Shown: positions 13,311-25,455 of the stretch, piece by piece | Layout: each line of letters starts with the position of its first letter | How positions within the stretch are numbered: position 1 is the first letter of the stretch | NCBI RefSeq assembly: GCF_006345805.1 | Contig: NC_042999.1 | Span: forward strand, 75,206,001 to 75,270,000 | From: Octopus sinensis | Lineage: Eukaryota | Direction of reading: 5' to 3' | Length of the DNA stretch: 64,000 bases | Notes under the pieces: generated by a model | The model's database searches: none | Seen by the model: the letters and a program-made list of their open reading frames with translations, nothing else | What the model was told of the DNA's origin: nothing | Translations under genes and position numbers: made by a program

Positions 13311-13738
13311 CTCAAACACACACGCACACACACATATTTATATGTAAATTAACGCAATAAATATCTGATTGATAATAACTATTATCATGAATGTGCGGTG
13401 GTGGTGGGCGATAATAATTCACCGTTCTGTGATGGGAATATCTAAACTTCATGAGAGTGAAACGTTTTTTCGACACAATATAATTATTTACTATTTTATT
13501 CCTCTCCATTAAACACACTTGCGGCTGTGAACACTTTCTCCCTCTAGATACAGACAGACGTACAGAAAGAGTGAGGCGGTGGGAGAAAGAAAGACAGAGA
13601 GAGAAAGAGAGAGAGAGAGAGAGATTGGGAGCTGTCAAACGTCGTTATAGAGAGAATGTCGATGGAAAGGAGGAAAAAGAGAGATCGGGGAAGAAAGGGT
13701 GATAGTCGAAAGGGAGAATCAACAACATTTGTCAATTT

Positions 13739-13786
13739 AGCCAATCAACAGACAGCGTGGCATTAGCAGCTTGTTACTATGACAAC
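13739..13786 (+). promoter_or_regulatory. Putative NF-Y CCAAT box plus RFX X-box promoter module (mirror copy 18191-18238)
   Basis: AGCCAATCA at 13739-13747; GTTACTATGACAAC at 13773-13786 fits X-box consensus RTHNYYWTRRNRAC; locally CpG-richer, non-microsatellite sequence. Confidence 0.4.
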
Positions 13787-14213
13787 CGCACACTGTGTTG
13801 TGGTTCACTGTTGTCTGTGGCGCTGTTGTCTACGTTGATTTTTCCGATTTGATGCTTCGCACCACGAGATTCTTTTCAACCGCATGTTTTGTTTTAATTT
13901 GTCTGTGTTAGTATATTACATATTTCCTCTGCTTCTATGTGATTCATTGACTCAAATAGCTGGATTTATGATTTCACGAGGTTAATTCTATTTATAAAAA
14001 ATTAAATTAGGAGTAGGGACATTGTGGAACAGAGAAACTATGGATGGTGCAGATAATCTGACATTACTTTTGAATTCTGCTTGCAATAACATGTAAGGTA
14101 CAGGTATTCTTTGGGACAAATTCTTTGTTGACGAGTGTTATTCTTACCATAGTTTACAAATCCAAGCATGAAAACAGTACTCAACTTTGGAGTTTTGGAG
14201 ATGGATGTTCCCT

Positions 14214-14251
<38 letters not shown>

Positions 14252-15240
14252 GTACACACACTTATATATTAATGATGTACACAAACACATGACAGGTATA
14301 CATATTTCTGAAATATGCATAAAGTAAACATATTAAGACAAATATATTGATATAAGATTTTTTTTTAAATCATAAAAAACAATAAAATCAATGACGAGAC
14401 AAAAGAAACAGTAAGATTATATGTGTTAATTTTATTAGCTTTTATGTTTATTTAGAAACCTTCAATGAAATTTGGTATTTCTATTTATTTAAGAAACCTA
14501 CAATGAACATGACAGACGCTAAACTATAGATTTTACTGGGTGCAACCTTAAAGTTGACATCGCTCCGCTAAGTGCAGAAGATTTCTGTCTCTCTATTGAC
14601 TAAAAATACCCAGTTTTTTTTATTTTTAAACCTCTGTAACTTTTTTCTCCAAGTTTTCTTTCCACAACATCATGACTTCAAAGCAATGAGACTGGAGGGC
14701 TATATTATTATAGCCGATTTTCAGATTTTTTTTTACTTCTTTTTAAAAAATGCATATTTTGCTGATGCAGAAACCTAGATCCTGATACACCTGAACAGAC
14801 TTAGATCACTACAGAAACATTATTGCGATAATAGGTATAAAAACACTTAGAGCCATCAGATAATACATATCTATGCGTAAATTTTATTTCCTTTTTAGAG
14901 GGGTATATGATAAAATAATATAATGTTTATGTAGAAAAACAAACATAACTGCTCAAGCAAAATAGGTGTATGCTGCATGTGGGTTTGTAGAGAGTTCATT
15001 TGCAAAATCAGATATTACATTTTACATACAGTATGTTGAGGAAACTTTCATAGGGTTCCAAATAAAAATCGAGATATAATAAATGTGCATTTTGTTTCAC
15101 ACAAATTTATTGAGTCATGATTACAATATCAAAACGTAGATTTAAAAATTATCGTTGAGCCAAGAAAGAAGCATGTACTGACAATATACGTTTTTGCATG
15201 TTTTTAATTGACTTGAAAATTTCTTACGTAATTGAATGAA

Positions 15241-15347
15241 TCAAAAATTAAAAATGATTCCTTGATTGATGAATTCTGATTGGATCCTTGCATCCATTCT
15301 TTCACTTTGTTCCACTGTTAACCATTTTTTCCATGTGTCTACTTTAC
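15241..15347 (-). pseudogene. Orphan duplicate of sulfotransferase terminal exon (acceptor AG intact)
   Basis: Encodes [35 protein letters not shown], identical to exon 33265-33371; no upstream exons in this orientation. Confidence 0.85.
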
Positions 15348-15403
15348 CTATAAATATGACGGAAACAGGTATTATGTGGAAAACGGAAACATGCATTGAT
15401 ATA

Positions 15404-15437
<34 letters not shown>

Positions 15438-15446
15438 CATTCATGA

Positions 15447-15750
15447 AGGTGCATGGCTTTGTGGTTAAGGCATTCGGCTCATGATCTTAAGGTTGTCAGT
15501 TCAAGTCCCTTCGACGAACAAGATGCTTTATTTCATGTTGCTCCAAGCCACTCAGCTAGCAAAATGAGTTGAACCTACATTTCAAGGGTCAGCATTGTCA
15601 AAATCTGTGTCATGCCAGTTCTCCCTGAGAACTACGTTAAGGGTACACGTGTCTGTGGTGTGCTCAGCTATTTGCACGTTAATTTCACGAGCAGGTAATT
15701 CCATTTATTGGATCCACTGGAACCCTCGGTGTCGTAACCGACAGATTGCC
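15447..15750 (+). mobile_element. tRNA-derived SINE (counterpart at ~32870-33175 on - strand)
   Basis: A-box-like TGGCTTTGTGG, B-box-like GTTCAAGTCC; body shared with the SINE at 51993-52370. Confidence 0.65.
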
Positions 15751-15842
15751 AGTTATACATACACACGCACACAAACACACACACACACACACACACACGC
15801 ACGCACACACACACGAACATACACACGCACACACACACACAC

Positions 15843-15883
<41 letters not shown>

Positions 15884-16061
15884 TACATATATGTGTGTGT
15901 GTTTGTGTAGTATTATTAAGTAAGAAAATGGAGAGTTTCGACAGATATAAATTAATTCATTAATATTTTGATATTGAAGAGATAGTTTTCAGCAATATAA
16001 TATAGTAAACCAGTGGTTCTTGGATCAAACGATCACCATAAGAGTGACTATACACACACAC

Positions 16062-16147
<86 letters not shown>

Positions 16148-16570
16148 ACAGTCTTAAATAAATACACATACACGCACCCACACACATATAACCATTTAAA
16201 CGAAAAGAAAATAGAGATGTAGCATTTAATAAAATTTTATTATCTGCAAAAGTCAAACAGTCTCTTAAAGCTCTTTCAACTAAGCCTTAAAAGATTGAAT
16301 AGCAATTATTAAAATCATTATACTAGAAAAAATCTCTTCAGAGGAGTAGAAAAAGATATATTGTTAGGTATTTATGTGTTGTATTTTAGAATCATCACAG
16401 CAGACTGCTGTGATGATTCTAAAATCGATAAACCGATTCCTTATAGGATTTCCCAATGAAATCGCCAGCAAAGCCATGCACCTTCATGAATGTATGTATG
16501 TATGTATGTATGTATATATCAATGCATGTTTCCGTTTTCCACATAATACCTGTTTCCGTCATATTTATGG

Positions 16571-16677
16571 GTAAAGTAGACACATGGAAAAAATGGTTAA
16601 CAGTGGAACAAAGTGAAAGAATGGATGCAAGGATCCAATCAGAATTCATCAATCAAGGAATCATTTTTAATTTTTGA
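16571..16677 (+). pseudogene. Orphan duplicate of sulfotransferase terminal exon (acceptor mutated AG>GG)
   Basis: Same peptide as exon 33265-33371; preceded by ATATTTATGG instead of ATATTTATAG. Confidence 0.85.
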
Positions 16678-17679
16678 TTCATTCAATTACGTAAGAAATT
16701 TTCAAGTCAATTAAAATCATGCAAAAACGTATATTGTCAGTACATGCTTCTTTCTTGGCTCAACGATAATTTTTAAATCTACGTTTTGATATTGTAATCA
16801 TGACTCAATAAATTTGTGTGAAACAAAATGCACATTTATTATATCTCGATTTTTATTTGGAACCCTATGAAAGTTTCCTCAACATACTGTATGTAAAATG
16901 TAATATCTGATTTTGTAAATGAACTCTCTACAAACCCACATGCAGCATACACCTATTTTGCTTGAGCAGTTATGTTTGTTTTTCTACATAAACATTATAT
17001 TATTTTATCATATACCCCTCTAAAAAGGAAATAAAATTTACGCATAGATATGTATTATCTGATGGCTCTAAGTGTTTTTATACCTATTATCGCAATAATG
17101 TTTCTGTAGTGATCTAAGTCTGTTGAGGTGTATCAGGATCTAGGTTTCTGCATCAGCAAAATATGCATTTTTTAAAAAGAAGTAAAAAAAAATCTGAAAA
17201 TCGGCTATAATAATGTAGCCCTCCAGTCTCATTGCTTTGAAGTCATGATGTTGTGGAAAGAAAACTTGGAGAAAAAAGTTACAGAGGTTTAAAAATCGAA
17301 AAAACTGGGTATTTTTAGTCAATAGAGAGACAGAAATCTTCTGCACTTAGCGGAGCGATGTCAACTTTAAGGTTGCACCCAGTAAAATCTATAGTTTAGC
17401 GTCTGTCATGTTCATTGTAGGTTTCTTAAATAAATAGAAATACCAAATTTCATTGAAGGTTTCTAAATAAACATAAAAGCTAATAAAATTAACACATATA
17501 ATCTTACTGTTTCTTTTGTCTCGTCATTGATTTTATTGTTTTTTATGATTTAAAAAAAATCTTATATCAATATATTTGTCTGAATATGTTTACTTTATGC
17601 ATATTTCAGAAATATGTATACCTGTCATGTGTTTGTGTACATCATTAATATATAAGTGTGTGTACGTGCGTGTGTGTGT

Positions 17680-17724
<45 letters not shown>

Positions 17725-17727
17725 GTG

Positions 17728-17761
<34 letters not shown>

Positions 17762-19741
17762 AGGGGACATCCATCTCCAAAACTCCAAAGTTGAGTGTAC
17801 TGCTTTCATGCTTGGATTTGTAAACTATGGTAAGAATAACACTCGTCAACAAAGAATTTGTCCCAAAGAATACCTGTACCTTACATGTTATTGCAAGCAG
17901 AATTCAAAAATAATGTCAGATTATCTGCACCATCCATAGTTTCTCTGTTCCACAATGTCCCTACTCCTAATTTAAATTTTTATAAATAGAATTAACCTCG
18001 TGAAATCATAAATCCAGCTATTTGAGTCAATGAATCACATAGAAGCAGAGGAAATATGTAATATACTAACACAGACAAATTAAAACAAAACATGCGGTTG
18101 AAAAGAATCTCGTGGTGCGACACATCAAATCGGAAAAATCAACGTAGACAACAGCGCCACAGACAACAGTGAACCACAACACAGTGTGCGGTTGTCATAG
18201 TAACAAGCTGCTAATGCCACGCTGTCTGTTGATTGGCTAAATTGACAAATGTTGTTGATTCTCCCTTTCGACTATCACCCTTTCTTCCCCGATCTCTCTT
18301 TTTCCTCCTTTCCATCGACATTCTCTCTATAACGACGTTTGACAGCTCCCAATCTCTCTCTCTCTTTCTCTTTCTCTCTCTGTCTTTCTTTCTCCCACCG
18401 CCTCACTCTTTCTGTACGTCTGTCTGTATCTAGAGGGAGAAAGTGTTCACAGCCGCAAGTGTGTTTAATGGAGAGGAATAAAATAGTAAATAATTATATT
18501 GTGTCGAAAAAACGTTTCACTCTCATGAAGTTTAGATATTCCCATCACAGAACGGTGAATTATTATCGCCCACCACCACCGCACATTCATGATAATAGTT
18601 ATTATCAATCAGATATTTATTGCGTTAATTTATATATAAATATGTGTGTGTGCGTGTGTGTTTGAGTGAATATATATATATATATATCAAAGGCGGTGCT
18701 CCAGCATGGCCGCAGTCAAATGACTGAAACAAGTAAAAAGAGTAAAAAAGAGAGTAATACATATATATACATACATGCATATATATATATATACTACTAC
18801 TACTACTACTACTTATATAGGATGAAGTTTTTTTACTGAAAAATATTCCATCAAAAAAGGTCAAAATTTTAAGGTTAAAATTATAAATAAGGGCTAAAGA
18901 AAATAATTTCTCTGACAACATGCTGATAACAGACTTTTAAATCGCCAATTTCCACACATTATTTACTCGCTACAGAAAACACGTAGAGCTCAAAGCTAGG
19001 AAAGCCAACCAATAGAATTTTTGAAAAAAGTTCGTTATTTCTATATTGAATCAATTTCGGAATTAATCTCATAATAGATTTTTTTCCTCTTCTATAGAAA
19101 ATACGACAAGACATAAATAAGATACTTAAATGCGCCCATAGAAAAAAGCCAAAACAAAAATCATGAGTACATATAAGTAGCCCAGATATATCTAAAAATA
19201 AAATCCTTCGGTCAGCCTCAGCACACGTGTGAACTGTTCTCCACTACAGCTTATAGTGGTTACCAGTCCCTATAGCGAATAGTAATAAATTTACTACTAA
19301 TATAGGATGAATTGTTTTTACAGAAAAAAATTCCATCAAAAAATGTGGCAGCACATTAAAATACATTTAAGGTTAAAATTATAAACAACTTATAAATAAG
19401 GGCCAAAAAAAAATTATTTCTATGCCAATATGCTGATAGCAGACTTTTAAATCGTCAATTTCCACATATTATTTACTCGCTACAAAAAACACATAGAGCT
19501 CAAAGCGAGGAAAGCCAGCCAATAGAATTTTTTTAAAAAGTTCGTTATTTCTATATTGAAACTATTTCGGAATTAATCTCAAAATAGATTTTTTCCTCTT
19601 CAGTAGAAAATACGAAAAGACATAAATAAGATACTTACATCAGCTCTACGTGTTTTCTGTAGCGAGTAAATAATATGTGGAAATTGACGATTTAAAAGTC
19701 TGTTATCAGCATATTGGCATAGAAATAATTTTCTTTAGCCC

Positions 19742-19824
<83 letters not shown>

Positions 19825-19825
<1 letters not shown>

Positions 19826-20592
19826 GAGGGGCATTCAATAAGTAATGCCCCTGACCCACTTCCCATAGCAGTAGAGCAACGACACTTGCACAGTTATTAG
19901 TCTTCTTTTACATAGGAACCACCCAGAGTTACGTATTTCTCCCATCGTTTGATGCAGCTATAGAGACCGATTTTGTAGAAGACCCCAGGTTGGTCCTCCA
20001 ACCACGACCTGAATTCAGAAATCAAGGCTGCATCATCTGGGAAACGCTTTCCTTTCAAAAACAACTTCATGGGTGGGAAGAGGTGAAAATCCAAGGGTGC
20101 AAGGTCAGGAGAGAAGGGGGTTCGGGGAGGAGTTCATAGCCGCACGCCTGTGCTTCTGATCTGGCGACCATCGAGTTGTGGACCGGAGCGTTGTCCTGCA
20201 GGAGGAGGATGCCTTTGCTGATCTTGCCCCGCCTCTTGATTTTGATAGCTTCTCTTAATTTCCTCAAAAGTGAAGCATAATAGGCTCCTGTAATTGTGGT
20301 ACCCTTTGCCAAGAAATCTGTCATCACTACTCCGTCATATGGTGGGGCATCATTACCATAAGTTACTTTCATTTCATCAAAAGTCTCCCGTGGTGTGCGT
20401 CCTTTCAAATATAAAACCCGGATCACTGCTCGTCACTCAACAGGCTCCATTTCACACTTGACTCAGTTGAAACACCTGTAAATCAGAAACCACAATTAGT
20501 TTAGAGCTGTAATTTGCCACGTAATCTATAGAGATATAAATAATTGCACATGCAAAATTGGTTCAGGGGCATTACTTACTCAACGTCCCTCG
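19825..20592 (-). mobile_element. Internally deleted mariner element (copy 3)
   Basis: Same TIRs and deletion as copies 1 and 2. Confidence 0.92.
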
Positions 20593-20718
20593 TATATATA
20601 TATACATATATATATATATATAATGTGTGTATATATCTATATTTATATATATATATATATATATACGGGTGTGTGTGTTTGTATTTATAATCTGTATACA
20701 TAAGTATATATAATGCGC

Positions 20719-20800
<82 letters not shown>

Positions 20801-21099
20801 TTATATATATATCTAATGCGTATATGTATATATATAAAATACAAACTGGGACAAGAACGCAAAACATTTAGAAGACGATACAAAAAATACGGACGGGTCA
20901 TTCGAATCCTTCAATTTTCAGTCAAGAACCGGATCATCCTCGCAATTTCGGCTGATTAATCTTGAGATTGCTCCAATTTGGCCAGCCCCAAGGAAAAACT
21001 AAGCTAAGCGCATTAGATTCCTTGGAAAAATGCTTCGAATGTATACGAAACAAGGACGGAAAAACGATGTTACACGAATATAAATATAAAAATAATACG

Positions 21100-21169
<70 letters not shown>

Positions 21170-21550
21170 TAATAATAATAATAATAACAACAAGAGGACC
21201 TCACAACAGGCGTCTTTCGACTTAGACGAATTAAACTCAGCTGGCGTGTTAGGAATGTGCCTTGGGGCAGAGAAAAAAAATGTTGATGTTACTACGACCG
21301 CTATCAGACGAAAAAGGCCAGTAGTCGGTCAGTCAGTCACGTGTGAAGGGAAGAGAGAGGAAAAGAGGGACAGAGGAATTAAGGAGTAGGAGAAGAGAGA
21401 GAGAGCGAAAAAAAAGACAAGGACAAAGTGAAGTGCAAAGTAAGAAAGGCAAAGGATTTGTTGGAGAGGGGGGGGAGAGACACTGTTGTAGAGTCGTACC
21501 AAGTTTAGAGAAATGTGTACTTACATATAAGAGAAAGGGTACGTACGCCG

Positions 21551-21603
<53 letters not shown>

Positions 21604-21870
21604 CAAACTGTGACAAAAACGCAAAACATTTAGAAGACGATACAAAAAACAGGGACGAAGCCTTCAATCTTCAGTCAAGAACCGGATCATCCTCGCAATT
21701 TCGGCTGATTAATCTTGAGATTGTTCCAATCTGGCCAGCCCCAAGGAAAAACTAAGCTAAGCGCATTAGATTCCTTGGAAAAAGCTTCGAATGTATACGA
21801 AACAAGGACGGGAAAATGATGTTACACGAATATAAATACAAAAATAATACGAAAAAACAATAAAAATAAA

Positions 21871-21938
<68 letters not shown>

Positions 21939-22474
21939 TAACAGGACTTCACAACAGGCGTCTTTCGACTTAGACGAATTAAACTCAGCTGGCGTGTTAG
22001 GAATGTGCATTGGGGCAGGTGCATATGTGGTCGGATTGTGCTGAAGATTTGCACACCTATGTTAAAAGTGCTAGGGAGTTTGCATGGCAACTTTGAGTTT
22101 GCTCAATTGAAAGGCGTGGCCTCTAGGGAAAATTTCCTCTTCTTTTAAAATGTGGCCCGAATAGACCCGAATGAAATTGGGTTATAATACCAAAACAAGT
22201 AAAACAATAAAGAACTATGCCATTTTAATCTCAAACAACGCCGGGTATCTTTGTAAGTCTACTATATATTTGTGAAAAGCGCAGCAGTTGTGCGGGCAAA
22301 AGTTTTAGTAAATGTGGTCTGAAAATTTGCATACAAGTGCTGGAGAGTTTGCATGGCAACTTTGAGTTTGCTCAATTGAAAGGCGTGACCTCTAGGGCTA
22401 AATTCCTCATTTTTGAAAACGTGGCCCGAGTAGACCCGAATGGAATTGGGTTATAGTACTAGTATACATACATG

Positions 22475-22560
<86 letters not shown>

Positions 22561-23617
22561 TATATAGAATATCACAAAAACTCAAGCAAATCTTGAAAAT
22601 GATACACTCAAGAGATTCCCAGGAATTCATTAAAAAACAGTTCCAATAACTGCTGTAATCCATAACCTGCCAATTTTAAGTCATTTAAACATTTAACAAC
22701 CTTACTACTTTCACACTACCTACATTCTTTCTTATTCTCCCTTCTTCTTCTTTTTTTCTTCTTCTTCTTCTTCTTCGTCTTCTTCTTCTTCTTCTTCTTC
22801 TTCTTCTTCGTCTCCTTCCTATCTTTATCACTAATGCTGTTTAGAATAATACCTACGCAAATTCTATAAACAAAACATTCAAAAGAAATATTCTCATGAA
22901 TTGGACAGCGACTGCAACCTTTCACTGTGGGTCATTAGCTGACCATTTAACGTACTACTGTCATGGCACTCCCACATTCTTTTTCTTCTTCTCCTTCTAC
23001 TTCTCCGACTCTCCCTCCTCCTCCTCCTCCTCCTCCTTCTTCTTTTTCTTCTTCTTCTTCTTCTTCTTCTTCTTCTTCCCTACCAAGAATTCACAACGAC
23101 CCCGAACCCACAAGAGTAAACAAGAGAGACAGAGACAGGAAGAAAAAAGGAAAATGTTACTTGTATTTGAACACTATACAACCATTCTTTTAAATAAATT
23201 TTTCTTTTAATTTTTCTAAATTTAATTGTTTAATTGTTGCAGTTGAAAGTCTCATTGACTGAAACCAGTACTGAAATGTTTTTTATAAAACTAGTTTAGC
23301 ATTTTCTATCTTGACTTTTTATTCCATATATATCAACACGTGTGTTCCTTTTCATCTTTCTACATAAATGGCGGCACCCCAGCATGGCCACAGCTCGTGA
23401 GCTGAAACTAGATAACATAAAAATAAAATAAAATAAATATAGATCGTTAGTCACTACACACATTTTTTTCTCTCCTTGTTTTTTCTGTGTCCCTTTGTGT
23501 GGAAGAGCGTAGGCTCGAAACGTAAAAGACTTTTTCTATGCCTGAGCGTTATACTAATACATCTGTTTGTTTTGTACACCACCGGTCTTCGTCTTTTGTC
23601 TTTTTTTCGTAAACTCT

Positions 23618-23713
<96 letters not shown>

Positions 23714-23879
23714 TGAGAGAGAGAGAGAAGAGATAGAAAGAGAGAGAGGAAGTTCATAATTCATTTCATTATATGCTATATACTAATTGTTACAGTAAAT
23801 GCTTGTATGATTTAACCTTTCATTATGTAGTTCACATTGGTTGCTAATTTTGATATTCATATGAATGCTCTTTGAAATA

Positions 23880-25165
23880 CGAGGGGCGTTAAATAAGTAA
23901 TGCCCCTGATCCACTTCCTATACCAGTAGAGCAACGAAACTTGGCACAGTTATTAGTCTTTTTCTACATAGGAACCACCCAGAGTTACGTATTTCTCCCA
24001 TCATTTGATGCAGCTCTGGGGACTGTCTTTGTAGAAGACTCCAGCTTGGTCCTCCAACCACGACCTGACTTCAGAAATCAAGGCTGCATCATCTGGGAAA
24101 CGCTTTCCTTTCAAAAATAACTTTATGGCTTGGAAGAGGTGAAAATCAGAGGGTTCAAGGTCAGGAGAGTAGGGGGGATGGGGGAGGAGTTCATAGCCGC
24201 ACGCCTGTGCTTTTGATCTGGCGACACGCGAGTTGTGGACCGGAGCGTTGTCCTGCAGGAGGAGGATGCCTTTACTGATCTTGCCCCGCCTCTTGATTTT
24301 GATAGCTTCTCTTAATTTCCTCAAAAGTGAAGCATAATAGGCTCCTGTAATTGTGGTATCCTTTGCCAGGAAATCTGTCATCACTACTCCGTTCTGGTCC
24401 CAGAAGACTGTGAGCATGACCTTGCCAGCGGAGGGCTGCAATCTTGCCTACTTTACAGGAGGTGAGTCACAGTGCTTCCACTACATTGACTGGGCTTTGG
24501 TCTCTGGATCATAGTGTTGGACCCAGGTTTTATCCTGTGTGATCAGTCTTTTGAAAAATTTTGACTCATCTTCTTGGCACATCTCCAAATTCATCCTCGA
24601 GCACTCGACGCGTTCTTGCTTCTGGAAAGGTGTGAGCAACCTGGGAATCCATCTGGCAGACACCTTTTGCATATGCAAATGGTCATGAATGATAGTTTCC
24701 ACAGACCCGGTACTAATCTTGACCCCATGGGCTATTTGGCGAATAGTTATGCGTCGATCTTCCAAATGGCAGCCTCAACTTAACGGACAGATGCCTCATC
24801 AATGGCAGAAGGGGGGCGACCAGATCTGGGAGCTGTTTCCACAGAGTTCCGACCATGTTTGAATTCACGATGCCAGCGTTTTACAAGGTCATATGATGGG
24901 GCATCATCACCATAAGTTACTCTCATTTCATCAAAAGTCTCCCATGGTGTGCGTCCTTTCAAATACAAAAACCGGATCACTGCTCGACACTCAACAGGTT
25001 CCATTTCACACTTGACTCAGTACAAACACCTGTAAATCAGAAACCACAATTAATTCAGAGCTGTAAGTTGCCACTTAATCTATAGAGATAATTGCACATG
25101 CAAAATCTCAGCTAGATCAAACAACTGCAAGTGGGTGAGGAGCATTACTTATGGAACGTCTCTCG
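23880..25165 (-). mobile_element. Full-length (1286 bp) mariner DD34D transposon, transposase disrupted
   Basis: TA-flanked TIRs starting CGAG; transposase split over ORFs 24780-25004, 24481-24765, 24001-24441 with WIPRLL, QDNAPVH and HPPYSPDLEPSDF motifs. Confidence 0.95.
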
Positions 25166-25455
25166 TATGTACTATTTATAAATATTTACTTTGTTATCTA
25201 TAGAAATTAGATATGCTAAAACCAAGATTTACTGATAAAATTTAGTTACATAGATCAACATGTTTACTATAATAGGAGAATGGGATTATTAAAGTTCATA
25301 TGTATAATCGACAGGCCTAAAAACTATGCATTATAAATACTTACAGAGCAGCAAATTTGCCATATGATCAAGGAAAGCTAAAGAAACCGATTACGATTTT
25401 GTTTTCACGAGTTTCCTAAGTGGTTACAATAACTAGAACGATATTAACAACTACA

